Source: Lama glama
Lineage: Eukaryota
DNA length: 60,000 nucleotides
Direction of reading: 5' to 3'
NCBI GenBank assembly: GCA_028534125.1
Contig: CM052832.1
Coordinates: 12,588,001-12,648,000 of the forward strand
This document shows, piece after piece, positions 40,277 to 51,559 of the stretch (the first letter of the stretch is position 1; each line of letters begins with the position of its first letter). Position numbers and translations under genes: made by a program. Below the pieces are notes generated by a model. The model saw only the letters and a list, made by a program, of their open reading frames with translations, had not been told where the DNA came from and did not search any database.

Positions 40277-40407
40277 CTGGAACGGCCCGCTGGGGTTGAT
40301 GGGCACATGTGCCTGCTGCCACACATTGCCCTTATTGCCACTGAGGGACCAGGCATGCATGTCCAGTGCTCCTTTGTTCCGGGACCGCACCAGGAGGTTG
40401 AGGGACC
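40277..40407 (-). CDS. MDGA1: MDGA1 exon 15 ([13 protein letters not shown]...SGPFQ)
   Basis: 131 nt; donor CAG|GTGAGT. Confidence 0.95.
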
Positions 40408-40680
40408 CTGTGGTGGGCATGAGAAGAGGGGGCAGTGAGGGAGCACCCTCACCTTTCCCGATTCACCAAGCTTGACTCCCTACCACTCCCCACAGCACTG
40501 TCCCCGTTGGATGGGACCCTCTCCCCATTGCAGACTGGTTCTGTGTCCCCTTATCCCAGAGGGGACCGCTGCATGGGAAAGAGAGAGGACAGCAGCAGGG
40601 CTTCCATTCACCAGGACAGTTTGCAAGTTTTCTTTCATTTTTTTCCATTCCTTCCTAATCAGCTAATCCCCTATCCCTGG

Positions 40681-40681
<1 letters not shown>

Positions 40682-40721
<40 letters not shown>
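40682..40721. repeat. (AC)20 microsatellite in intron 14
   Basis: Directly visible. Confidence 0.98.
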
Positions 40722-40723
<2 letters not shown>

Positions 40724-40890
40724 CACCCTTCCTCCTCTAGACAGGGGAGTTGTCCCAGGACAGTGGGGCCCATGTCTGAACCCAGAGCAGGATCCCCAAA
40801 GCATGCAATTCAATGCACACACTTGGTGGTACATGATACATATGCTGATTTTTGGAAGCACAGGAATGGACTTTAACTTTTTAGTACTTA

Positions 40891-41193
40891 GAGGGTGGCG
40901 GGTGGGTAAAATGGGTGAAGGAAGTCAAAAGGTACAAACTTCCAATCATAAAATAAATAAGTCCTGGGAATATAATGTACAGCATGATGACTGTAGTTAA
41001 TAACATTGTATTGCCTATTTGGAAGTTGCTAAGAGAATAAATCTTAAAATTTCTTATCACAAGGGAAAAAAAGTTCTGGTGATAGATGTCAACTAGACTT
41101 ATCATGGTGATCTTTTTGCAATATATACAAATGTCAAAACATTACATTGTACATATGAAACTAATATAATGTTAATTATACCTCAATAAAAAA
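40891..41193 (+). mobile_element. L1 (L1MA-like) 3' end with candidate target-site duplication
   Basis: aaaggtacaaacttcc...tgtacagcatgatgactgtagttaataa...aagttgctaagaga...cctcaataaaaa. Flanks are tttagtactta and tttaatactta. Confidence 0.8.
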
Positions 41194-44100
41194 TTTAATA
41201 CTTATATGTATGTCTTAAGAGGTGAATAAAGTAGCCCTTCAAACTCATGATTTATCTAATACTGATGCTTAGGACAAAGCTAAGAAAAAAAAATAGTTGA
41301 TTTAAGGAAAGATATTAGTATATATGCTATATAGCTGTGGTAAAATGTGAAATTCTGGAAGTATTAGTATGGGGGTGCTGAGCTTTTTTTGCTCACAGAC
41401 CCAGGGCCTGGGATTCTGGAGGTGCTGAGGGGCAGTGGAAGAGAAGGAGGGGATCAAGCCTTGGCTAAGAGCACCCAGGAAAGGTCATGCCCTTCGCTAG
41501 CTCTTCCAGCCCACCTCGAGCCCCCTGTGACAGGAAAGACCTGGCTTGGAGGGAAGGGGAATCAATCTTAAATGGCACCTGGTGGCTGGCATTTCCATGG
41601 CGCTGCCCACAGACAAAGCCACACCATCTGTGACACCAGATAGACAGAACCCCAGTGGGGAGAGCCAACAAATGTTACCTGCCTGAGACAAAAAGAGTTG
41701 GCTTGGACCAGGGAGAGCCAGTGAGACACAAGGTCTGGGGACAGCTGGTGCCCAGAGCTGCCAGGTGGGGTGAGAAGGGAGGGGGGAGGAGGGGCCAGCA
41801 CAGCAAGAAACACCCTCCTCTCCCCAGTAGCAGGCCCAGGCCTGTGGAAGGAGTACACCAAAGGTTCAAGGCACGTGGGGGACCCTCACCAGCAGATGGG
41901 GGCCTGAGAGGGCTGCAACCAGCCAAGAGATGCCACACTGGCTTAGTCAGGGCCCAAGCCTCAGTGCCTTTTGGGCTCCTCACCAGACTCAAAAGGACCT
42001 CCCTCTCTTCTTCCCGGAGATCTTCCCCCTGTTTCTATCCCACCACCCCTGGGGTCCAGCCTCAATTCCCATACCTTTTCTTCCTCCTCCACCACCCTGC
42101 CCCAAGGACCCTAGTGGGGGAACCCCACCTTTTCACTGCTTAAACAGAAATTGAATTTCTGCCCTCTTCTCTGATCATCCTACCAGCTCTAAGATCTCCC
42201 CTGCTGCCTGACAGCCTCTCACAGGGTAAGCTGGGGCCATAAGGATGCCTGCTCCCTACATTCTTCTCTACCTTCCTTGTCACCTCCAAAGCCAAACTGA
42301 GCTACATGCTGCACCCTGGACACAGTCCAGCTCTCCAGACTCTGGGCTTTTGCCCGGGATGTATCCATTGCTTGAGATGCCCTCCCCTACTATGCTCCCC
42401 TGGCCAAATACTTCCTGTGCTTCAAGGCCTCTCTGAAACATCACCTCCTCCAAGAAGTCTTCCTGGGCTTGCGTTGGGAGCCCTTTGTGCTTCCTGGGAA
42501 CGCTGAGCCCTTAAACTGCACATCCCTGTGCCCAGACAGCCCTCTGCTCTGTGGTGTGGCAGTTATTGGGATTCACATCTTCTCTCCCTATTTGACTCCT
42601 TGAGGGAAAGTTTCCAACAAATTTCTATCTGTTCTCAATATTTGAATGTTCAATGAAGAACTTTCTGTGACTGTCATCAGGACTGAAAAAGGGCTTTCTT
42701 AGAGTCTCTCAGGGTTAGAAGTTACCTTACGGTTCATCAAGCCCAGACCTATCACTCATTCAATTAATTGAGCAAGCAGTTTTCTAGACACTAGAGACGC
42801 ATCCATGAATAGGACAAAGACCCCTGCCTCCTGGAGTTTCCGCTGCTTTGGTGGTAAGCACTATGAAGACAATAATGCAGGAAAGGGACAGAGAGCTGTT
42901 TTAGGTGGGGCTGTCAGGGACCTCTCCAAGGAGGCCTGGATGAGGGGAGAGGAAGAACATTCCAGGCTGGGGGAAATATCACAAGCAAAGGCCTCTAAGG
43001 CAGGAACCTGCCTCAGTTATTTAAAGGAGACTGGTATGCTTGAGCTGAATGGAGTCAGGGGAGAGAAGCAGAAAACGAGGTCAGAGAAGCAAGCAGGGGC
43101 CGGGTCAGGTATGAAAGGCCTGGAGAAGATGGTGATGGAAGGGGACTGGGCAGGGGAGTAACATGACCTGGGATAGGGGTCCCTGCACAGGACCCCTGCT
43201 GGACAGTCCTCCTGTCCAGGGACAAGATAGCCCACTCCTTTGCTGGGCAGATCTGATGCTTACAGGATCTTCCTCAGGTGGAATTCAAACCTGCCTCCCA
43301 GAAGCTTTCACTGACTGGTGTTTGTCCCACCCGCTGGGAGCACCAAGCAAGCTCTGGAGCACAGATGGCTCCCTCAGGGCTTTCTTTGCACCCAGGTACC
43401 TGGGCATCCCAGCTCTTAAGGCTTGATCTCCCAGGGCCCTACAGTAGCCAATATGCTCTTCTTGCCAGCTGGATCCCCTCCTGAGCTGAAGATAAAATGA
43501 CCACCTGTTCTGATCTGCCTGGGATGTGGGACTTCTAGCGTCAACAGTGGGAAAGGCTGGGGCAAACCAGGATCGGTTTGAATTGGTTACACTAGCTGGG
43601 CAGCGCAGGGCAGTCCTGGTCACCACCACTCTCCACATACCCCACAGGAAGCTTCTCCCAAAGTCCAGACCCAGCCACAGGTGAACTGGATTGTGTGGAT
43701 GGTCTGGGGGCCCCAGTGGCTGCAGAAGGTTCCATCCCACTTCATTCTAGTTTATCAGTTCAGCTTGACCCAGCACTCGAGCCGTGGACATTTCTCCACC
43801 ATGAGCCTTTAGGTCGATGCTTGCTTAAAGTCACTTCCTCTGCCATGCAGTGAGGAAAGCAATGAAGCTTTCTGTGGCTTGTATATATATATATATGAAA
43901 ACAAAACAAAAGAATATATATTTACTGGCTTCTATTTGCATAAAGTATTTCTGGAAGTTTACCCACCAAATCTAGTACATTGATTGCCTCTGGGGAAGGA
44001 CTCTAGGTGGCAGGAGGACTGAGATGGGAGAGGGACTCTCATTATGCACCCTTTTGTACCTTCTGACCTATGCAAAAATACATTACCTTTCCTATAAATA

Positions 44101-44989
44101 TGCAAATAAGTAAATAAATAAATTTAAAATGGTTTCTTCCTTAGCAGAGCCTCTATATCCAGGCCCCCAGAGTCAGTCAGGTCTCCCTGTTAGCAGCTGT
44201 CTTGGCCCCTGTCTTTCTGCTGCCGACACGCATCACAGTGGTCGCTAAATCCTATGTGGTGCAATTAGTTATTTAATGTCTGTCTTTCCCACTTGACTTT
44301 AGGTGCCAAGAGAATGAGGAATTTGTCCATCCTGTTCACTGCAGCACCTGATGCCTGGCAATAGAGCAGGAGCTCCAGAAGTGATGGCTGAACTGATGAG
44401 TTCACTGACTAATGTGACACTCCTACCAGTACCATCTCTTCCTAAAGGGCAATCCTTAGGTTCATGGCCGTGCTTAGGAAGGAGGACTTCCTCTCACTGC
44501 TTACAAAGCAGCTCCCTTCCAACCCTGTGTTTAAGGCTTGGTAGAGTCAGACAGACTTGGGTTGCTGTGTGATCTTGGACAAATTCTTAACCTCTCTAAT
44601 CTACATGGTAACCCTCACTTGGTGGTTGTGAGGGTTAATGAGACCACAGACACAGAGCACCCAGGATGTCACCTGGCATCTGGCAAGCATTCAATACATG
44701 CAACCTCTTAGCTGATTTCTCCATCCCCTCCAAGACTTCCACCTCATTCTTTTGGAACCATTTTCTTTGTAGACTCAGAAAGCTTTGATCATCTCAAAAC
44801 CTCAGACAAGTTGGCTCTGGATTTCCTCCAAACCCAGATTCTGCTCACACCCCCTACAAGGATCTGTGATTCAGCCAAGTTGGGAAGCCTAGGTCTTACA
44901 TGAGCCAGTCCCCAGCTTCCAATAGGTCCCCCTCCCTTCCCAGCCCCAGCACACGCTCAGGCAGACTACCTGGTGGTCCTTCGACTCAC

Positions 44990-45124
44990 CAATGTGCTTC
45001 CCGTACATGTGGTAGAAGAAGGAGACGCAGTAGAACTTGGCACTGGCGTTGTACAGGGGACTTACCAACCTTGCACGGTCCCCCAACTCCCGGGGCCTTG
45101 ATGTCTCAATGAACATGTAGTAGC
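44990..45124 (-). CDS. MDGA1: MDGA1 exon 14 ([13 protein letters not shown]...MYGKHI)
   Basis: 135 nt; MAM motif [10 protein letters not shown]; donor GTGAGT. Confidence 0.95.
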
Positions 45125-45345
45125 CTGCAGGGAAGGGGGAGATGTGCCAACAGCCTCCTCCTCACCCCTCCCAGGTCTCTTATCACCTGACTCCTTTTCT
45201 GCCTTAGTATCAGCTGTCTGAATCCCAGGTGCCTCACACCAGCCCACCCTGTCCTCCCTGCTCACAGCACAGCACAGGACTCCCAGCATTTGTGAGCTCT
45301 TAGCTCTGCAGCAGTCTCTCTTCCTCCTAACCCTCTAGCAAGACA

Positions 45346-45456
45346 GAGCTGTCTCTCTCAGACTGGGGCTCCCTAAGGGCAGGGCTGTGCCTCCCCTCAG
45401 ACTGGAGTCCTTAAGGACAGGACTGTGTCTCCCCTTAGACTGGAGCTCCCCAGGGC
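45346..45456 (-). repeat. Three-unit copy of the 38-bp monomer family in intron 13
   Basis: tcagactggggctccctaagggcagggctgtgcctcccctcagact... is the reverse complement of the array monomer. Confidence 0.8.
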
Positions 45457-45509
45457 TAGACCCCTCCCTGAAGCAGTCCTCCATCCCTAGCAGCAGGCCA
45501 TGTCCTTAC

Positions 45510-45662
45510 CCTCAGGGGTGCCACTTATGTCAGTTGGGGGACCAGTATTGGGGGAACGCTTGGGGTTCTGGGTGAGGGCATTTTGCCGGGTCCAGTCAAA
45601 GTTGTCTGTCAGGTCCTGGGTGTAGCCACAGATCTTCTCATCCTCAAAGTGGCAGGTGTTGT
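45510..45662 (-). CDS. MDGA1: MDGA1 exon 13 (MAM, DNTCHFEDEK...SGTPE)
   Basis: 153 nt; MAM start motif CxFE...CG; donor GTAAGG. Confidence 0.95.
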
Positions 45663-45829
45663 CTGCATTCAGGGCAGGGTGGGGAGGGAGTGAGACAAAG
45701 AGGGTCAGCCTCCTCAGGTCCCCTCCTCCAGCCCTGGCCACCCCTGAGGCAGCTCCCAAACATCCAAGCAGTGGGCCCAGGAATCCAGGGCTTCAGAAAC
45801 CAAGCAATGAGGCCTCTGACAAATTTGTT

Positions 45830-46340
45830 CTTGGAACAGGACGTCTTAAATTTTTTTTGTGCCGCAAACCTAACCGGCATCTAGTGAAGTGAAGGACCCC
45901 ATCTATTAATAATTATTAAGGGGCATAAAATGAAAAACACAGGGTTACAAAGGAAATCAATTATAGGAAATATAGTTGTCAAAATATTTAAAAACAAATT
46001 TGTGATATAATAAGTGGGCTTCTTTATTATCTAATTAAATCACAAGATTCAGTGTTAGGTCTAACCACTATGGTTTTGAAATACTAATGAATGGAAATGA
46101 TATTTAGAGATAGTTGCTACAACTTTTAGGTGATGTGAAAACATCGATTTCTACTGATGACAAAGTCACAGGTAGTGATTACACCACTTTCCTACATTTA
46201 TCATTGAAGGAGATGTTAAATTTCTGCTAGAAGTTAGGGAAAATAAAGAAGCAATTGTATGGCCTTCCAGATTCCAGTTTCATGGACCCCTTTGATCCTC
46301 TGAGGGGTGGTCCATGGATCTCAGATTAAGGAACCCTGCC
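45830..46340. mobile_element. AT-rich hAT-Charlie-like DNA transposon relic (approximate)
   Basis: Abrupt AT-rich block ending catggacccc...gtccatggatctcagattaagg. Family assignment by recognition only. Confidence 0.5.
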
Positions 46341-46647
46341 CCAGGGAACAGAGAATGTGGATTAGCCTGGTCTTTCCATTTTTATCTTGAGGACAGTGAA
46401 TGGTGCTAAGTGGGGACAAAAAGTCCTGAGTTAGAGATGTCCCCCGATTCTACCCCTGTCCCTTTAAGCCTCAGAATAAATCCCTCATGCAAATATCTCA
46501 AAGCCCAGCACTGTTCCCTTCTGCTTCTCCTTTCAACTACTGGCCTCCACACCATTTTCTCTCTGGGTATCTCTTGGGGTCCCTTCCTCCCACCAGGGAA
46601 GCCTTTGTGTCCTTAAAGAGAAGGAGAAGTGGGTAGGGGTGTCTTAC

Positions 46648-46671
46648 CTGACAGATTGGGAGAGTTGATGG
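46648..46671 (-). CDS. MDGA1: MDGA1 exon 12, 24-nt microexon (PINSPNLS linker)
   Basis: ctttctcag|CCATCAACTCTCCCAATCTGTCAG|gtaagac; phase 1-1; supplies the FnIII-MAM linker. Confidence 0.92.
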
Positions 46672-46872
46672 CTGAGAAAGCAAGCAGGAAAACCAAGTCA
46701 CAACCAAGGTTTGGGCTGTGCAGAGGGTGCCTGGGCTTAGGACCAGACTGGGGGCCAGAGGCACCTGGCCTGCAGTGATAGAATATAATACTGCACAGTG
46801 GGGAGACCCAAGCTCAGGAAACATAAGAGGAGTTTAGAGGGGTTCCCTGGACATGAGATGGACCCACCCTTC

Positions 46873-46901
46873 CCACCACCACCACCACCACCACCACCAC
46901 C
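46873..46901. repeat. (CCA)n / (TGG)n trinucleotide repeat at the start of intron 11
   Basis: About 9-10 units beginning immediately after the exon 11 donor. Confidence 0.95.
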
Positions 46902-46904
46902 TAC

Positions 46905-47082
46905 GCTCCGTGTAGTGGATGATGCGGGAGGCCATATCTCCAGCCCCAAAAGTAGTATAGGGTGTGAGGCGGACCTCATAGCTGTGGGGCACACGGAGGT
47001 CAGTCAGGATGTACTCCAGGAGCTGCCCTTTCTCCACGCGCCGCACTGGGATGGCCTTCACCATGGCGTTGTGCTGATTCAA
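46905..47082 (-). CDS. MDGA1: MDGA1 exon 11 (FnIII second part, LNQHNAMVKA...IHYTE)
   Basis: 178 nt; ctacag acceptor and C|GTAGGT donor. Confidence 0.95.
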
Positions 47083-47912
47083 CTGTAGATACAGGGAGTT
47101 TCCAGATGCCCAGCAGGCCACGCCCTCCACCTGAGCACCAGCCCAGGCCCTGGTGTGACTTTAGGGGGCAGCATTGGGAAGCAAAAGAGCAAAGGACTAG
47201 GAAGCCAGCCCTCAGTTTCCTCTTCTATAAGATAGAGCAATCACCCCTTCCATGCCTGCCTCCTGGGGCTATCTTAATAATAAGTGACAGTAACATATAT
47301 TGAACAATTAATGTGTGCTAGGTACTGTCCTCAATGCTTTGCAATCATTAATTCAAAATAATGATCCTACCAGGTGGAATATTATAATTACCCCCATTTT
47401 ACAGATGAGTAAACTGAGGCAAACAGATGTAGCCTACACAAGTTAATAGAGAACTGAATTTTAGCTTAGGCAATCTGCCCTAGAGTCACACTCTCACCCT
47501 TCACCCGACGACCCGCTGGACAGAACCATGTGGAATTAGACTGGACACAAGACCAACATAGTAGCTCTGGCCTTGCATTCTAGGGGCCCTGTGGATGAGA
47601 CTTAAGCTCATGCCTTAAACTTCTGATGCTAGAGTAGGTTCTGTGTTTTGTGAGCAGAATAGGCTCTGCCTCCTTTCCGCTACATTTACCCAGCAGACAC
47701 CTGCTCAATTCTCAGGGCTGTGCTCAGAGTATGGGTCCAGAAGGAAAGGTCCCTAGAACCTCTCAGCTCCTGCTACTGTGTCCAGAACACTTTCTCTCTG
47801 GCTATAAACAGTTATCGATAAGAGGGTGAATGTGTCTCCACCCCCCTTCCCCTGGCTTCATGAGCATTCCCAGGGCTAGCCTGCACCTGGGCCCCTGTCC
47901 CCTTTGGCCCAC

Positions 47913-48064
47913 CTGGCGGACACTGAGTCTGTAGTTGAGCACGGGGTCGACAGCATCAGGCTCCCTCTGGGTCCACTGCAGCACATAGGAGTAATTCTTG
48001 GACAGCTTGTGGCTGCGGGTGGGGTTGGGGGTGTCGAAGTAAAACTCCGGGCTGTAGGCTTTGG
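47913..48064 (-). CDS. MDGA1: MDGA1 exon 10 (FnIII first part, AKAYSPEFYF...LSVRQ)
   Basis: 152 nt; ctctcag acceptor and CAG|GTGGG donor. Confidence 0.95.
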
Positions 48065-48066
48065 CT

Positions 48067-48543
48067 GAGAGGGCAGGGAGGGGGCATGGGGCCGTGAAGG
48101 GTAGGGGATGGGGAGAGATAGAGAAAGGAGGTGTGGGAGAGGGAGACAAAAGAGGATAGGTGGAACAGAAAGAGGGTAGGGGGAGACAAAAGGAAGGAAT
48201 ATTGTGAGGAGAGGAGATGGTGGGAAAAGAGGAGATTGAGGAGAATGAGGATGGGGCAGGAGCGATGGAGGAAAGGGAGATTGGGAATTCAAGAGGTGAT
48301 GTTGGTGAGAATGGAGCAGAAAGGCCAAGGAAAAGACAGAAAGGAGAAATTTGGGATGACACAGAGAAGGAATATTAGAAAAGTTACAGGGAAAGAGCAT
48401 TGGGGAGAAGACACCAAGAAGGGCCAAGGATATTGAGGTAGAAGGAAGAGAAGAGAGAGGAGATAGAGGCCAAAAGGTGGGGAGACAGGGAAAGTGTGGG
48501 ACAACAGGGGAGAGGGGAAGGAGGTGGGAAATGTCACAGGGGC
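48067..48543 (-). promoter_or_regulatory. MDGA1: Extended polypyrimidine tract / AG-exclusion zone upstream of exon 10
   Basis: By manual scan, no CT on + (no AG on -) between the exon 10 acceptor and 48544; strongly pyrimidine-rich on the sense strand. Confidence 0.8.
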
Positions 48544-49721
48544 CTCCTGCTGGCAGGGCTGGGTGGGCTGGAGAGGGGCTGGGGAGGTGGCCAGTTACCT
48601 GTGGTCCTAGCCCCCTACTGTTGAGTGAGGAGATTCAAATAAAAGCTAAAGGGGCACCCAATCAGTCAGAGGCTACTGGGAGACCCATAGTGCAGTAAAG
48701 TGAGGGAAAGGCACATATGGGGCTCTCCTCCAGGGTTCTGCCACTAGCTCTGACAGAGAACTGACTCTTCCCAAGGGAGGAAGAGAGAGGGGATCAGCAA
48801 CCCCATCAGCTCCTCTCTTTTCCCCTCCACCCTTACCACAACTTCCACCCCTTTCTGACCAACCCACTCCCGCCTGCAGCCCCAAACAGCCCACCAGAAT
48901 GACTTGAAGAGATGGGACTGAAAGGGATTTCTGGACACCTAGGGGCCTGACCCTCTCTAGAGTGACAGCTCAGGTAATGTGTCCTAGCTGGCCCAGCGCC
49001 ACCTACGACGTTCCAGAGAAGCTGGTGAGGGGAGTATTCCTTCCTCTAAGCTACAGCTCAGGCCCCTCACATTGGGCCTCCGGTCAGGAAAAGAGAAGAT
49101 TACTTATCTGCAGTCTCCGGGGTCAAGGACGAAGGAGGAGGGCCTTGCAAAGTGATGGCAGAAATGGGGTGGTGCCCAGGGCTTGAGTGGGCGGGTCTAA
49201 ACCTGGTACCGGCTGGAGGGAGAGCCGATGCCTGCTTTGCGAACAGGTGGAAGTGGAAATCTGGGATTGGACGAGGCTGAAAGGAGTGGAGCCTATGCCT
49301 TCTGTAGGCGAGGTGTAAGCGCTGTGTGGATGGGCCTTTAAAGGGAAGGGTTCATACCTGGTGCACGCGGGGCTTGAGGCATGAAGCCTAGGCCCGGTGC
49401 CGGCTTGACAGGGGTGTGGCTGTCAGAGGCCCGGAACCGAAAATGAGCTAAAACAGGTGAGGCTTAGGCCTTGTCTGGAGGACCTTGAAAGGGGAAAGCC
49501 TAGACCTATGTGGGCAAGTGGAGGGGGCAAGGGTGTAAGCGGAGGTTCTGGTTGGATCCGGGAGGCATGAATGGGGTCTAGACGTGGCACGGGAAGGTCC
49601 TGGAAAGGCTGGGGCCTAAATCAGGAGCAGGTGAGCCGGAAAGGGGCGGGGCCCAAGCTAGGCGTAGCTAGGTTTGAAATTGGGGCGGGGTTCTGTGGCG
49701 CAGGACCAAGGGGACGCTCAC

Positions 49722-50006
49722 CGGAGACCTGGAAGACGCAGGTAGCCGAGCCTACGTCGTTGGAGACGCTGCACTCGTAGCTGCCACTGCTGTCTCGAGT
49801 GACAGCGTCGAGGCGAAGCTCGGAGTGGTCGGGGGCTTCGGCGGCGACGGGGACGGCAGGCGGCGGAGGCAGCAGCTGCCCTTTGAAGCGCCACACAGCC
49901 GAGGCGATGCGCTGGGGGCTGCCTCGAAGCAGCGAGCAGCGCAGGAGCACGGGCCGGCCCAGCGCCTGGCGGACATCCTGGGAGCTGGGCTCCACCTCCG
50001 GCGGGA
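49722..50006 (-). CDS. MDGA1: MDGA1 exon 9 (Ig6, FPPEVEPSSQ...VFQVS)
   Basis: 285 nt, phase 1-1; Ig motif SSGSYEC; donor GTGAGC. Confidence 0.95.
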
Positions 50007-50832
50007 CTGGGGGTGGGGAAGGCGGTCAGCGGGGCCTCTCCTCACGGACTGGAGTCCGAGGAGCGGCCCCATGGGGAGGCGACGCACACGCGCCTACTCC
50101 CGCGCCCCCCAGCCGGCAAGTTTCAGGGCGGAAACATTCTAGCAACATACTCACACTATAGCCACGCTCATACCTCCTCGATCTGTAGATATCTACCCCT
50201 TCCCGCCATAACCTCCAGCCTCGCTCCCAGACTGGACCTACATTCACGCCTCAAACGGCCCCGTTCCCTCCCCCCAATGAAAAGCAGCATAACGTCGGGA
50301 TTTAGAGCATGATCCCGGAACTAGATGGCTTAAGTTCAAATCCCAGCCCTGCCTCTAACTAGCTGTGAGATCTTAGGCAAGTTACTTAACCTTTGTGTGA
50401 CTCGGTTTCCCTCTTTGTAAAAGTAGGGGAATAATAGATTCTATATATAGGGCTGTGGAGGGCTGAGTTAGTGCATTAGAACACTTAGAGCAGTGCTTTT
50501 GGCAGGTAATGAGTTAACTCTCATTACACTATCAGACGCAGTGTTCCCTTGAAGGTCCTTCCTCCTTCAAATTCCCATTTCCACCTGTCAAAATTAGTTA
50601 TTTCTTTGTTCACTGGGTCCCTGGGAATGAAGGTGGGGAGACACGAAGGTAGAAGTGCGGAAAGGGTCATGGACCTCCATGTCAGAGCACGGGGTCAAGG
50701 ACGGTTTAGGGGTATCAGCAGTAGACGGAGCTTGGTTGGCCCGGAGTGGTGAAGGGGTGAAGCGGAGGCAAGCCTGACTGGAAACCGGGAGGGACAGCTC
50801 GGATGGTAGTCCGGTGAGGCGGAGGGACTCAC

Positions 50833-51129
50833 ACTGCACGTTCAGCTGCACCTGGGCCTCGCGGGGGCGCACGTTGAAGCCATTATAGCGAGCCGTCTGG
50901 CAGCGGTAGGTCCCACTCATGTCGCGGCTCACACGCTCCAGTCGCAGCTTTCCGTCCGAGGTCTCCTCCAGGGGCAGCCCCGAGGGCAGCAGCGCAGCCT
51001 CCTTGTCCACGCGGGACCAAAGCACAGGCGGCCGCGGCTTGCCCCGCACCTCGCACTGCAGCTCCGCCGGTGAGCCCTCACGCACCGTCACCACCGCCCT
51101 GCCCTTGGGCACGCTGATGGTGGGCGGTA
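50833..51129 (-). CDS. MDGA1: MDGA1 exon 8 (Ig5, [10 protein letters not shown]...QLNVQ)
   Basis: 297 nt, phase 1-1; Ig motif MSGTYRC; donor GTGAGT. Confidence 0.95.
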
Positions 51130-51559
51130 CTGCGGGGCAGAGGAGAGGTAGGAGCGGGGTTTGAGCTCCACCACCCAACCCTGCCCCCGGGGCCTCTGAT
51201 CTGGAGCTTCTGCTTCCCCCCCCCCCCCCCGTGGGTGCAAGCCTCCCTTCCGCATCCCAGATCATCCACAGATCCCGCAGTATCTCCAGAGGGGAACACC
51301 CCTCCCCACATTCTCTCCACTTCCTGAGTCTCTGCCTCAAGGTCTCCCAGCTCAGAAAGAGAACTGAAGTCGTCCAAGCCTACTCCTTCTATCCCTGTAC
51401 CCCGACGTTACTAAGCTTTGGGGATTCCACCTTTCGCTTATTTTATTCCACCTTTTAGACAGTTCTGCTAAATATCTTCTCCCTCCATCCCCTCTCTCCT
51501 GTCCACTGGCCCTGCTCTAGTTAAAGCTGCCGTCTTCTCTTTCTCTATCACAAATTAGT

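Larger units (their letters stand above)
49650..51160. promoter_or_regulatory. Intragenic CpG-rich region over exons 8-9
   Basis: High CpG density in exons 8 and 9 and the adjacent intron sequence compared with other exons. Confidence 0.6.

Noticed and set aside
47802..48537. Long Pro/Ser/Phe/Leu-rich ORFs upstream of exon 10
   Set aside because: They result from the stop-poor polypyrimidine tract, which is better explained as a splicing element.
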